From NCBI GenBank assembly GCA_965552135.1, contig CBEVQY010000002.1, positions 32,001-96,000 of the forward strand: a DNA stretch of 64,000 nt. The letters are read 5' to 3'. The notes below the pieces were generated by a model. The model saw only the letters and a list, made by a program, of their open reading frames with translations, was not told the DNA's origin and ran no database searches. Shown here piece after piece: positions 27,343 to 37,071 of this stretch (positions are counted from its first letter, which is position 1; every line of letters begins with the position of its first letter). The stretch is from an uncultured bacterium (GTDB taxonomy: Bacteria > UBP14 > UBA6098 > B30-G16). A program made the translations under genes and the position numbers.

Positions 27343-30300
27343 ATGAGGAGATGGGCGTTGTTTGCACTGCCTTTGGCTTTATGCGCGTTAGCTACCTCCC
27401 AAGAGACTGATCTTGCGAGCGTTACGGCAAAGCTTGACCAGGGCGTCAGGTCGTATCAATCGGGGAAGCTTGATGAGGCTTTGGCGCCCTTCCAGGAGGC
27501 TGCATCTGGATTCGAGCAGCTTCTGCAGTCGGGTGCGCTCACCCGCGAGGACGACGCCTACGCCCGATACTTCCTCGCAACGGCGCAGTACTACATCGCA
27601 AGAATCCAGAAGGACGCATCCCTCTTCGAGAAAGCCGACCAAACGTTCCAGGAGGCGGCAAAGGCTTTCTTGGACCTCGAGATAGTGGGCGAGGAGTACG
27701 TGCGCTCCCAGTACCTCAGGGCGCTTTGCTCCTTCAGGCTGTATCAGCTTGCCAAAACCGAGCGCAACAAGGCAAAGCGCCTCGACCAGGCGATAGGTGA
27801 TTTCTCCGCCTTCCTCGCCGACGAGAACGTCCAGAAAAACGCAAAGGACTTCCCGGAGCTCATCGACAACGCAAACTACTACCTCGGCTACTGCAACGCC
27901 ATGCTCGGATACCTCAAGTCGTTCAGCCCGTCCACCTACTCCAACGCCAAAAAGCACTATGAGGATGCGCTTTCGGCTTTTTCCGCCGCCAAGAAAGCCG
28001 GCGACGAGCGCCTGAGTCTTGCCGCAGCGTACATGGAGGCTTGCTGCCACTACCTCATCGCAAGGCTCTACCTCCACGTGGAGGAGAAGAACTGGGAGAG
28101 GTTCAAGCTTTCGCAAAAGGATCGCATCGCCGCCGTCGAGGAGGAGCTTGATCAGGCGCTGAGCCTGCTTGATAAGATGATATCCTCCGCCGGCACGCAG
28201 AAGGACCTGCAGATGTTCGGCAAGGTTGCCAGGCTTGTGAACATGATCACCTACGGCTCGGTGGGCGCAAAGGACAAGCTGACCGACGCGATGAACGAGC
28301 TTGTTGACCTCCGCAACAACTCCACCTGGGGCACCGAGGCGCTGATACGGATGGCCGATGCATCGTATCTGAACTTTTTGATCTTCAGCGGTGCGCCGAA
28401 GACCGCACTGACCAACCTCGGGCGCGTGGTCGATAAAACCCCCGAGGCGCTGTATATGGCGGGCTGGGTACAGTACATCCAGGGGGATTACGCCGACGCC
28501 AACAGCAAGTTCAGCAGCTTTGCCGCAAAAGCCGCCTCAGCCAGGTCAACGCGGATGAAGGAGATGGTGGCGGACGCAAAGTTCCGGCAGGCGGAGTGCC
28601 TGTTCTGGCTTGGAGTCAAGCAGGGCAATCCGGCTCTTCTGGGGCAGGCCGACAACATCTACGAGGCGCTCGAAAACCCCCAGGGCGAATACTACGAATA
28701 CCTCACCAAAGACGCTCAGGACATAGTGGCTATCCGTCGGTTCCTCATAGAGATAGAGACGAGCCTTGGCAAGGAGCGTGACGTAAGCGTTTTCGACGCC
28801 GCCATGGCGCTTGCGGGGCTGCAGCTCCCCCGCGACGCCGAAAAATACATAAACGCCGGGAAGTACTTCCTGCAAAAGGGTATAGAGACGGCTGCGAAGG
28901 AGCGCGAGACGGCGCTTAGGTTCGCCATCCACGCGTTCGACAAGGTCCTGGGGGCTGCGGTGTCTCCTAACCTGAAGAACAAGGCGAGGTTCATGAAGGG
29001 CGTTGCGCTCGTCAAGCTCGCCACCGTCCAGGAAAAGGACAAGGCACCCTCCACGATCGCCGAGGCTAAATCGGTCCTCGACGGATGCACATCCCCATAC
29101 ACCGACGAGGCAAAGTACGTGCAGGGGATAGGCTACTTCAACATAAACGACTACGACAAGGCGACGCCGATTCTCCAGCAGCTCAAGGGCAAGGGTCACA
29201 TCCGCGCCGCCTTTGCCTACGCAATAATCCAGGAGGAGCGCCACAACTGCACCGCCGCCGCAAAGGCGCTTGGATCCATTCTGGCCACAATCCGCGACAG
29301 AACGGACTACTGGTATCAGAAGGCTGACCTTGAGCTTTCGAAGCTTGCGTGTCGCAATGCCGCAAGCGGCGCACCACAACTCCCCGCGTTCAGGAATCCT
29401 CCTATGACCTACGAAAACTTGGTCGACGAGGAGGCGGAGCGAGCGCGTAAAAAGCGCGAAGCGCTCTTTATGTGGCAAAGGGCGTCGAGGTTTTTGAAGT
29501 ATCCCGACATAGACAAACTTATCCCCGACAAGCCGCCGGAGACGAACGTCACCCTCGAGATAGCCATCGAGCCGCCCGGAGGCGAAGAGGTCCTCCTCAT
29601 CGACGACAAGGAGGGATTAGCCAAGCTCGTTCAAAACTCCATCTACAAGGTCACTCTCAACCGCGGCAAGCACAAGGTGACGGTCAAGAAAAAGGGCTTT
29701 TACCTTCTCGAGCAGGAGATCAAGGTCAGCAAGTCGGAGCGGATAACGGTCAGTTTGAAGAAGGCGGTTCGCTACACGCCCGCCGGCGAGCTTTCGGGCA
29801 CGAAGAACAGCATCGCCACAGCCGCAACGGAGGGCGGGATCTTCGTCGTCAACGCGGGCGAAAACGCAATACTTCGCCTCAACGAGGACGGCAAGGTCGT
29901 GGAGAAACTGAGCTTCTTTGACTACGACCTGGGCTCTGTGGGCGACCTCGCCCTCGACGGCGACCTCCTGCTCGTAACCGACCCGCAGCGAAATCAGGTT
30001 ATCGGGATCTCGCTTGCCGAGGAGGAGGTGCCCGAGGTCCCCGCCGAAAGCGTCGGCACCGACACATCCGCCGCCGAGCAGGCCGCAGCGCCCAAGCCCA
30101 CAGGACACAAATACAAAACCACTGTCATCGCCTACGGCGGCGAGACTTACGGAACATCACCCCTCTCAAGACCCGGCGGGATAGCGGTTGCCGAGGGCAA
30201 GTACTTCATCGCCGACGCCGGCAACCACAGGGTTGTCGTGTTCGAGGGCTCCTCGTACAGAAAGGACATAGGCGCAGACAGGCTTTCGCACCCAGTCGAC

Positions 30301-30651
30301 GTCGCCGTGGGCAACGGGATACTCTACGTTGCCGACATAGGTCTGGGCAAGATCGTGAGGTTCACCACGGCGGGCGAGTACATCGACGAGATCGCCCTCA
30401 AGGACCAAACGCAGCCCGTTGCGGTATTCGTGAGCCCCGAGGGGTTCGTCTTCGTGAGCGACTTCGTGCGGAACAACGTGATCAAGTACACGCCCGAGCT
30501 TAAGCCTCTGTCGGTTGCGGCGGGAGATATATCTGCACCCAGGGGCATAGCCCAGGTGGGCACGGGGCCCGAGTCGGTCGTCTACGTCGCCGACCTTGAG
30601 GGGGTGACCATCCTCAAGGGCGGATGGGACAACACCTACATGCCCGAATAA
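27343..30651 (+). CDS. Large exported TPR-repeat protein with PEGA-like and NHL/beta-propeller domains
   Basis: Signal peptide after a GGAGG RBS; long TPR-like helical region; LNRGKHKVTVKKKGF (PEGA-like); P.GIAV..G..FIADAGNHRV and HPVDVAV..LYVAD (NHL). Confidence 0.85.
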   Translation: MRRWALFALPLALCALATSQETDLASVTAKLDQGVRSYQSGKLDEALAPFQEAASGFEQLLQSGALTREDDAYARYFLATAQYYIARIQKDASLFEKADQTFQEAAKAFLDLEIVGEEYVRSQYLRALCSFRLYQLAKTERNKAKRLDQAIGDFSAFLADENVQKNAKDFPELIDNANYYLGYCNAMLGYLKSFSPSTYSNAKKHYEDALSAFSAAKKAGDERLSLAAAYMEACCHYLIARLYLHVEEKNWERFKLSQKDRIAAVEEELDQALSLLDKMISSAGTQKDLQMFGKVARLVNMITYGSVGAKDKLTDAMNELVDLRNNSTWGTEALIRMADASYLNFLIFSGAPKTALTNLGRVVDKTPEALYMAGWVQYIQGDYADANSKFSSFAAKAASARSTRMKEMVADAKFRQAECLFWLGVKQGNPALLGQADNIYEALENPQGEYYEYLTKDAQDIVAIRRFLIEIETSLGKERDVSVFDAAMALAGLQLPRDAEKYINAGKYFLQKGIETAAKERETALRFAIHAFDKVLGAAVSPNLKNKARFMKGVALVKLATVQEKDKAPSTIAEAKSVLDGCTSPYTDEAKYVQGIGYFNINDYDKATPILQQLKGKGHIRAAFAYAIIQEERHNCTAAAKALGSILATIRDRTDYWYQKADLELSKLACRNAASGAPQLPAFRNPPMTYENLVDEEAERARKKREALFMWQRASRFLKYPDIDKLIPDKPPETNVTLEIAIEPPGGEEVLLIDDKEGLAKLVQNSIYKVTLNRGKHKVTVKKKGFYLLEQEIKVSKSERITVSLKKAVRYTPAGELSGTKNSIATAATEGGIFVVNAGENAILRLNEDGKVVEKLSFFDYDLGSVGDLALDGDLLLVTDPQRNQVIGISLAEEEVPEVPAESVGTDTSAAEQAAAPKPTGHKYKTTVIAYGGETYGTSPLSRPGGIAVAEGKYFIADAGNHRVVVFEGSSYRKDIGADRLSHPVDVAVGNGILYVADIGLGKIVRFTTAGEYIDEIALKDQTQPVAVFVSPEGFVFVSDFVRNNVIKYTPELKPLSVAAGDISAPRGIAQVGTGPESVVYVADLEGVTILKGGWDNTYMPE

Positions 30652-30657
30652 CAGCCG

Positions 30658-32223
30658 ATGGGACGCGGGGGATGGGTGCGGTCCAGATGGGGACCACATT
30701 CGAGGCGTCTGGGATCACGGTCAAGTCGGTCCATGCCGGGAAAGGGGCGATATTCAAAAGGGCTCCTGGCGCTGCTGGGAGTCCTTGTTCTTTGTGCGGC
30801 AAGCCACGCCATAACGGTCGACTCTCTACAGACGTGGGCGCAAAACACGTTCTGGGGCCGCTACGTTCCGCCCGACAGCCTGCTCTACGCATACAGGCTC
30901 GCCGTCGCATGCGGCGACTTCCCAACGGCAACGTTCCTGGCGGCGGGACTATCATATATCCTGTTCGGAACGATAGACTCAGCGCTGTGCGACATCGCAT
31001 ACTGCCTTGGGAAATCGGGCGACATAAGCGCTGCCCGAGCCTTCGCAAAACGCGCCCTAAAGCTTGCCCCAAACTCACCCCAAGCCATCTACGTTCACGC
31101 GCTGACGCTTGCGTGGGGCGGAAGCTTCCGCAAGGCGAGGAAGGTGCTCAGGAAGGCTCTTGCAGAAGCGGCTGACACCTCGAGCCGAAATTTTTTCCAC
31201 AAAGCCCTCGGTCTTGTTTTGACGATGCGCGGCGACGCCGCGGGGGCGATGCGCCACTTCAGGCGGGCGGAGGGCATAAGCGCACACGGCGCAGGAAAGC
31301 CAATGTTCCAGGCAAAGCTTTTTGCACAACGCATCGCCTACGGCGCCGTCGTGGGGAGCCTATACGTCCGCGAATACATAGGGAAACCCGTGATAGTCCT
31401 GCGCCTGCGACCAACATTTAAGTGGCTCGACGGAAGCAGCTTTTCGTCTGCGCCGATGCCCGTTGAGCAGGTCTGCCAGCTTTTCGGCTCACCCTACTTC
31501 CAGCGCGGAGTTGGCAGGTGTGCGGCGATAACGATCCCGCGCTGGGACGGCATCCCTGTGGGCGGGGAGATGTCCCTCTGGATCGTTTACGTCGACGAGA
31601 AGGGCGAGCTCGACTCGACTTTGGTGCCGGTTTCGGGCGGAGTTTTGGGCTTTCCCGCCGCCGACAGCTTCGTCGTCGCTGTGCAGGAGCTCAGGCGCAG
31701 CGCGATCCGCGCCTGGTTCGACACGCTGGTGAAGTACACCCCCACGCTGCGCAACCCGTTCTGGCAGTTTGTCCTTTCGTTTCGCGCTGCGGATGCGCTG
31801 CTCGACTCGTCGAAGTGGAGCGCGGGCGAGGCGTTCCTCGACTCCGTCATCGCCGCTGCTCCGTACATCCCCGAACTCTACATCTGGCGCGGCGCATTCG
31901 CACTCTTCCAGCAAAAGTACGATACGGCGTACGCCTACTTCTCCATCCCCGCGCTGCGCGACAGCTGCAACACAGACGCCCTCTACGATGCGGGCGTGGC
32001 GAAGTTCCTCGCAGGCGACTACGCATCCGCAGAAAGGCTCTGGCGCAAGGCGCTTGAGTGCAACGACAAATTCGCACCCGCACACCTCGCAATGGGCGTG
32101 CTCTACACCGACGCAATACCCGACACCCAAAAAGCCGTTGAGCATTATGAAAAATACCTCGAGCTCTCCGACTACCTTGCACCCGAGGTGAGCAAATGGC
32201 TTCAGGAGCTTTTGGGAAGGTGA
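30658..32223 (+). CDS. TPR-repeat protein, probably exported (alternative start 30733)
   Basis: Hydrophobic signal-like LLALLGVLVLCAASHA; TPR motifs (ALKLAPNSPQA, ALYDAGVAKFLAGDY, AHLAMGVLY). Confidence 0.8.
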   Translation: MGRGGWVRSRWGPHSRRLGSRSSRSMPGKGRYSKGLLALLGVLVLCAASHAITVDSLQTWAQNTFWGRYVPPDSLLYAYRLAVACGDFPTATFLAAGLSYILFGTIDSALCDIAYCLGKSGDISAARAFAKRALKLAPNSPQAIYVHALTLAWGGSFRKARKVLRKALAEAADTSSRNFFHKALGLVLTMRGDAAGAMRHFRRAEGISAHGAGKPMFQAKLFAQRIAYGAVVGSLYVREYIGKPVIVLRLRPTFKWLDGSSFSSAPMPVEQVCQLFGSPYFQRGVGRCAAITIPRWDGIPVGGEMSLWIVYVDEKGELDSTLVPVSGGVLGFPAADSFVVAVQELRRSAIRAWFDTLVKYTPTLRNPFWQFVLSFRAADALLDSSKWSAGEAFLDSVIAAAPYIPELYIWRGAFALFQQKYDTAYAYFSIPALRDSCNTDALYDAGVAKFLAGDYASAERLWRKALECNDKFAPAHLAMGVLYTDAIPDTQKAVEHYEKYLELSDYLAPEVSKWLQELLGR

Positions 32224-33371
32224 GATTTGTCCACACGGCGGACTGGCATCTTGGCGCAAGGACGTATCGCGTCACGGACCGCGCTGGCATTCCGGTGCAG
32301 TTCGGCTGGGTCCGCGATGCTGCCTTGCAGCTTTCGTCGTTCGTGCAGAAGCGCGGCGTCGAGCTCGTCCTTATGTGCGGCGATATCCTCGCAACGCCAA
32401 ACCCACCGCCCACCGCAGAAAACATCCTCGCGGGCATCCTGCGCCAAATCACCGACGCCGGCGCAAAGGTGATCTACCTTTTGGGAAACCACGAGCTTCC
32501 GGGATGGGGGGATCACCCCGCCAAAATATACGAAACTCTCGCCGTCCCCGGCATAATCGTTGCCGACGAGCCCAAGCTGCACAAAATAGAGCTTGCAAGT
32601 GGGACTGTCCAGGTGGCGACAATACCCTATCAAGCCCTCCGGGAACGCGACTTCGACGAGCTTGCGGCAAAACTCGGGGAGATGGTCGACCCGAGTATGC
32701 CGTCGATCCTTATGGCTCACGTCTTCGTCGTCGGCGCGAGGCTTTCGGGAAGCGACGTCCGCCTCCTGCCCGACGAACCCTACACATCGCCAGAGACGCT
32801 TTTGAACCTGCCCTTCACATACATCGCGCTCGGACACATCCACAAAAGCCAGGCTGTGTGCACCGCGCCGCCGGCGGTTTACGCGGGCAGCATCCAGCGA
32901 CTCGACTTCTCGGAGGAGGGAGAACAGAAGGGCTTTGTGTACGGCGAGCTTGTGCCCTCTGGCGATGGTTTCTCAGCGTCGTGGGAGTTCGTTCCCACAG
33001 ACGCCGTTGACTTCGTCACCATCGACGTCGACACCCGCGGCAAAGGCGACCCGACAAGCGCCGTCATCTCAGCCATAAAGCGCCGCAGATTTGACGGCGC
33101 CGTCGTGAGGATAAGGGTCCGAAGAACCGCGTCTGATCCGAAGCTTGCCACAACCCTGATCCACAGGGCGGCAGCAGGGCAGGGCGCAAGGCTCGTGAGG
33201 ATCCAGACCTTTACGGACACGCCGAGGACGGACGGGTCCAAAGCCGCCGCTTCGCCCAGCGGAAACATCGAGGCAGACCTCGAACGCTACATCCGCGAAA
33301 AACGACCCGAGCTGAAGCAAAAGATCCGGCAGATAATACGAAAGGTAAAGGAGCTCGACGAATCCCCCTAA
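32220..33371 (+). CDS. sbcD: SbcD/Mre11 family exonuclease (metallophosphoesterase)
   Basis: GTG start in a GTGA overlap; HTADWHLG, GD, GNHE, MAH, YIALGHIH, YAGS..R.DFSE...KG. Confidence 0.9.
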   Translation: MRFVHTADWHLGARTYRVTDRAGIPVQFGWVRDAALQLSSFVQKRGVELVLMCGDILATPNPPPTAENILAGILRQITDAGAKVIYLLGNHELPGWGDHPAKIYETLAVPGIIVADEPKLHKIELASGTVQVATIPYQALRERDFDELAAKLGEMVDPSMPSILMAHVFVVGARLSGSDVRLLPDEPYTSPETLLNLPFTYIALGHIHKSQAVCTAPPAVYAGSIQRLDFSEEGEQKGFVYGELVPSGDGFSASWEFVPTDAVDFVTIDVDTRGKGDPTSAVISAIKRRRFDGAVVRIRVRRTASDPKLATTLIHRAAAGQGARLVRIQTFTDTPRTDGSKAAASPSGNIEADLERYIREKRPELKQKIRQIIRKVKELDESP

Positions 33372-33382
33372 GGTCCGCGCCC

Positions 33383-34138
33383 TCAGAGCCTCCCCCCATT
33401 GAGCTGGAGGATAAGCCTCTCAACCCTGTCCCTATCGGGTGCAGCGGGATAGAGGTTGATGTATTTGTTGAGCGCCTCGACAGCTTTTGGGAAGTCGGCT
33501 CGCTGGTAGTATACGGTGGCCAAATCGAGCCATCCGCTTACGAGGCGGGGACAAAGCTCAACCGCCCTGCGCAGCTCGCTTTCGGCGTCGTAGTTGTGCT
33601 TCATAAGGTAATAGGTCGCGCCCAGGTTGAGGTGAAAGATTGGGTTTTGCGGGTCGAGCTTGACCGCCTGCTCGAAGTGCTCCGCCGCGTCGGAGTAACG
33701 CTGCCTTTTGTAGTAAACCCAACCCAGCCCAAAATATCCCCACGCAAAGTCCTTATCGAGGTCGATGGCTTTTCTGTAGAGTCTCTCCTGCTCGTCGAGG
33801 TCGTCGAGGAGACGCGCGTAGAGGAAGATGTAGAGGGGATCGCTTGGGTTTTGCCTCATAAGCTTTCTGTATTCGCGCAGAAGCTCTTTCGTCTCGCGGC
33901 TTGCAGCGCGGATGCGCTGGTAGAGTATGTGCGCCTCCACAAAGCGGGGGTATTTGTCGATAGCCAGAAGGACCTTGTCGCGCGCAAGGGGGATCTGACC
34001 GTTGAGGAACTGATCTAAGGCATCGTTGTAGAAGGGCAGTGCGCGATGCCGCATCTTCTCCTCTTTGCTGGCAAAGCACCCCGCAAAAACGCCCCCACAC
34101 AAACTCAACGCCGCCAATATGTGAAAAAGCCTCCTCAT
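33383..34138 (-). CDS. TPR-repeat lipoprotein
   Basis: Lipobox FAGC; TPRs (AWGYFGLGWVYY, FHLNLGATYY). ATG 34138 lies in an ATGA overlap. Confidence 0.85.
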   Translation of the reverse strand: MRRLFHILAALSLCGGVFAGCFASKEEKMRHRALPFYNDALDQFLNGQIPLARDKVLLAIDKYPRFVEAHILYQRIRAASRETKELLREYRKLMRQNPSDPLYIFLYARLLDDLDEQERLYRKAIDLDKDFAWGYFGLGWVYYKRQRYSDAAEHFEQAVKLDPQNPIFHLNLGATYYLMKHNYDAESELRRAVELCPRLVSGWLDLATVYYQRADFPKAVEALNKYINLYPAAPDRDRVERLILQLNGGRL

Positions 34139-35427
34139 TCTCCGCACGACTTCCCCTCGATGAACTTGTAAGCCGCTATCTCCTCCTTGGTGGGTAGGTA
34201 AGGCTTGAGGTAGTCGAGCTTGCTTCGGGCAAAGTCGGACCAGTTGGGGTCGCGAAGAGCCTTCCTGAAGATCTTCGACGCCTTGAGGAACTGGCATTTG
34301 ATCTCCATATTAAGCTCGCCCGACGGCGGCACCTTGTCCATCGCCTGCTGCTGGATTATGTCGCCCTCGACGATGTAGATGTAGCCGTAGCTCGGGTCTA
34401 TTTTCTTCGCCTTGGCGATGTAACTTTGCGCCGAGCTGTAGCGCTTCATATCCTTGTACGTCGCGGCGATGTCGCACATAAGCTTCACGCTTTTGGGATT
34501 CAGCTCTTCGGCTTTCTTGAACTTAGCAAGCGCCTCTTTGTACTTTCCGTCCGCAGCGAGGGCAAGACCCATATACTGATATCCGCGGAAGTCGTTGGGG
34601 TTGGCAGCGATGTACTTCTCGAGGATGTCGGTTGCCTCGGCGAACCGACCCGACTTGGCGTAGTACTGCCCCATCTTGAGCAGATACTCGGGCTCGTCGG
34701 GCACAAGCCTGTGGAGCTGGCGGTACGCCTCGGCAGCATCCTCGTTTTTGTCCTTGAGGATGTAGAGCTTGGCTAAAACCTCCCAAATTGCCGTTTGGTT
34801 CGAGTCTATCGCCACCGACTTTTCGAACCAGCGCATAGCCTCGTCGAAGTTGTGTCTTCGGAGCCATATTCTTCCGATGGCGGCGGCGCTGCTTGCATCG
34901 CGTCCACTCAGCTCAAAGGCTTTGGAGAAGTTCCTTAGCGCAAGCTCCTGAAGCGAGTCGGCCTGAGCGCTCATCGCAGCGGCTGCGGCGCTGTCGGAAA
35001 GTGTGTCGGCAACGGCGTCAAGCCGCAGCGCCATACGCTCGTAAACATAGCCAAGCCCCGAGTAAAAGTAGCTGTTTTGGGGGAACTTCTTTATCGCCTC
35101 CTTGTAGAGCGCAAGCGCAGTGTCGATGTAGGTCGTGTCGGGATGACGCAGACAGGCGTCGGCAAGATACTTAAACGCCTTCTCGTTCTGGGGATCAAGC
35201 TCCAAAACCTTCCTGAACTGCTCTATCGCCCTCGTGTAGTCTTTGTTCTTGTAGTTCTCGTATCCGAAGGAGAGGTACATGTTCACCTTCTGCTTTATCT
35301 GCGTGCTGTCGACGGCTGGCTTCTGCCCCACAGGCTCCTGGGCTTGCTGCGTCGGTGCGCAAGAGTAAATCGCCAAAGCGAAAAAGGCAAAGAAAACAAA
35401 AACCCAAAAAGACTTCACCCCACACAT
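34135..35427 (-). CDS. TPR-repeat lipoprotein
   Basis: Lipobox-like AIYSC; many TPRs (KVLELDPQNEKA, YSGLGYVY, GYQYMGLAL); GGAGG-like RBS. Confidence 0.88.
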   Translation of the reverse strand: MCGVKSFWVFVFFAFFALAIYSCAPTQQAQEPVGQKPAVDSTQIKQKVNMYLSFGYENYKNKDYTRAIEQFRKVLELDPQNEKAFKYLADACLRHPDTTYIDTALALYKEAIKKFPQNSYFYSGLGYVYERMALRLDAVADTLSDSAAAAAMSAQADSLQELALRNFSKAFELSGRDASSAAAIGRIWLRRHNFDEAMRWFEKSVAIDSNQTAIWEVLAKLYILKDKNEDAAEAYRQLHRLVPDEPEYLLKMGQYYAKSGRFAEATDILEKYIAANPNDFRGYQYMGLALAADGKYKEALAKFKKAEELNPKSVKLMCDIAATYKDMKRYSSAQSYIAKAKKIDPSYGYIYIVEGDIIQQQAMDKVPPSGELNMEIKCQFLKASKIFRKALRDPNWSDFARSKLDYLKPYLPTKEEIAAYKFIEGKSCGE

Positions 35428-35462
35428 GGCGAATGCCTCCTCTCAGTCTCCCGAAGTTTTAT

Positions 35463-35490
35463 ATTATAACTGGGATCTGCGCGATGCGAA
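35463..35490 (-). promoter_or_regulatory. Putative promoter of the TPR lipoprotein pair
   Basis: Minus strand TTCGCA, 16 bp spacer, TATAAT. Confidence 0.4.
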
Positions 35491-35510
35491 AGCGATTTTT
35501 GGCGACGCAT

Positions 35511-37043
35511 TCAGTCCTCCGCCATGGTGGCGAGGAACTCGGCGTTGGTTTTGGTCGCCATTATCTTGTTGAGCAAAAACTCCATCGCGTCGATCGCGTT
35601 GAGGTCGGAGAGGATCTTCCTGAGGAGCCAAACGCGCATAAGCGTATACTTGTCCAAAAGAAGCTCCTCCTTTCTTGTCCCCGAGCGGTTGACGTCCATG
35701 GCGGGGAAGATCCTTCTGTCCGAAAGCCTTCTGTCGAGCACAAGCTCCATGTTGCCCGTTCCCTTAAACTCCTCGAAGATGACCTCATCCATCTTCGACC
35801 CCGTTTCGATAAGCGCGGTGGCGATGATGGTGAGCGAGCCGCCTTCCTGGATGTTTCTTGCTGCGCCGAAGAAGCGCTTTGGCTTTGAGAGGGCAGATGC
35901 ATCCACGCCGCCTGTGAGGATCCTGCCGCTGTGCGGCGCGATGTTGTTGTAGGCGCGCGCAAGCCGGGTAAGAGAATCGAGCAAAATCACAACATCTCGC
36001 TTGTGCTCAACCTGCCTTTTGGCACGCTCTATCACTATCTCGGCAACCTGGGTGTGGCGCTCAGGACCCTCGTCGAAGGTGGACGAAATGATCTCTATCT
36101 CGGGCGCCTTATCGACCTTCGAGCACTCGGAAGCTATGAAGTACTTCATATCGGTGACCTCTTCGGGTCGCTCGTCGATGAGGAGGATTATCAAAAGCAC
36201 CTCGGGGTGGTTGTGGATCATAGCTCTGGCTATCTTCTGGAGGATCATCGTCTTTCCCGCCTTCGGCGGCGAAGTTATAAGACCGCGCTGACCCTTGCCT
36301 ATGGGGGTGAAGAGGTCCATTATCCTCGTTGTGATCTCCTCGGGGTCGTGCTCGAGGGCGAACTTCTCCATCGGGTAAAGCGGCGTTAGGCTGTCGAAGG
36401 GGATTTTGTGTTTTGCAACATCGGGCGAACATCCGTTCACGTTGTCGACTCTAAGGAGCGCAAAGAAGCGCTCGCCCTCCTTGGGCGGTCGAATCACGCC
36501 GCCAACTACGTCGCCTGTGTGGAGGTTGAAGCGTTTGATCTGCGAGGGCGAGATGTAGATATCGTCCGGGCCGGGCAGGTAGTTGTAGTCGGGATGACGC
36601 AGGAAACCGTAGCCGTCGGGAAGAACCTCCAAAACCCCCTCGGCGTAAACCTCGGCGTTCTTCTGCTGGATCTCGCACCCAAGGATTTTGAAGATCAGGT
36701 CCTGCCTGGTGTATGAATGTGGGTTTTCGATGCCGCACTCCTCCGCAAGCTGGAAAAGCTCCTCTATCGTCTTCCTCTTGAACTCCTCGAGCATCAGGCG
36801 CGGCTTGATCTCCTCAACGACCGCCACAGACTGCTTTTCGTCCTCGTTTTGTGTGGTCTCTTCGGGCTCGGGGTTTTCGGCAGCCTCGGCTTCGGCTGGT
36901 GGCTCCGCTACCGCAACCGCCTGCTCGGCTTTCGCATCCCCGGGATTGTTCTTACGCCGCCCACGACGACGCTTCGGAGCCTCATCCTTCGGCTCCTTCT
37001 GCTCCAAAACCTCCGCTTCCTCCGTCTTCTTCTTCCTCGGCAT
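35511..37043 (-). CDS. rho: Transcription termination factor Rho with charged N-terminal extension
   Basis: [59 protein letters not shown]; start MPRKKK follows GAGGTGG. Confidence 0.98.
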   Translation of the reverse strand: MPRKKKTEEAEVLEQKEPKDEAPKRRRGRRKNNPGDAKAEQAVAVAEPPAEAEAAENPEPEETTQNEDEKQSVAVVEEIKPRLMLEEFKRKTIEELFQLAEECGIENPHSYTRQDLIFKILGCEIQQKNAEVYAEGVLEVLPDGYGFLRHPDYNYLPGPDDIYISPSQIKRFNLHTGDVVGGVIRPPKEGERFFALLRVDNVNGCSPDVAKHKIPFDSLTPLYPMEKFALEHDPEEITTRIMDLFTPIGKGQRGLITSPPKAGKTMILQKIARAMIHNHPEVLLIILLIDERPEEVTDMKYFIASECSKVDKAPEIEIISSTFDEGPERHTQVAEIVIERAKRQVEHKRDVVILLDSLTRLARAYNNIAPHSGRILTGGVDASALSKPKRFFGAARNIQEGGSLTIIATALIETGSKMDEVIFEEFKGTGNMELVLDRRLSDRRIFPAMDVNRSGTRKEELLLDKYTLMRVWLLRKILSDLNAIDAMEFLLNKIMATKTNAEFLATMAED

Positions 37044-37071
37044 AACACCACCTCGCTTTTTGATCTCAACG

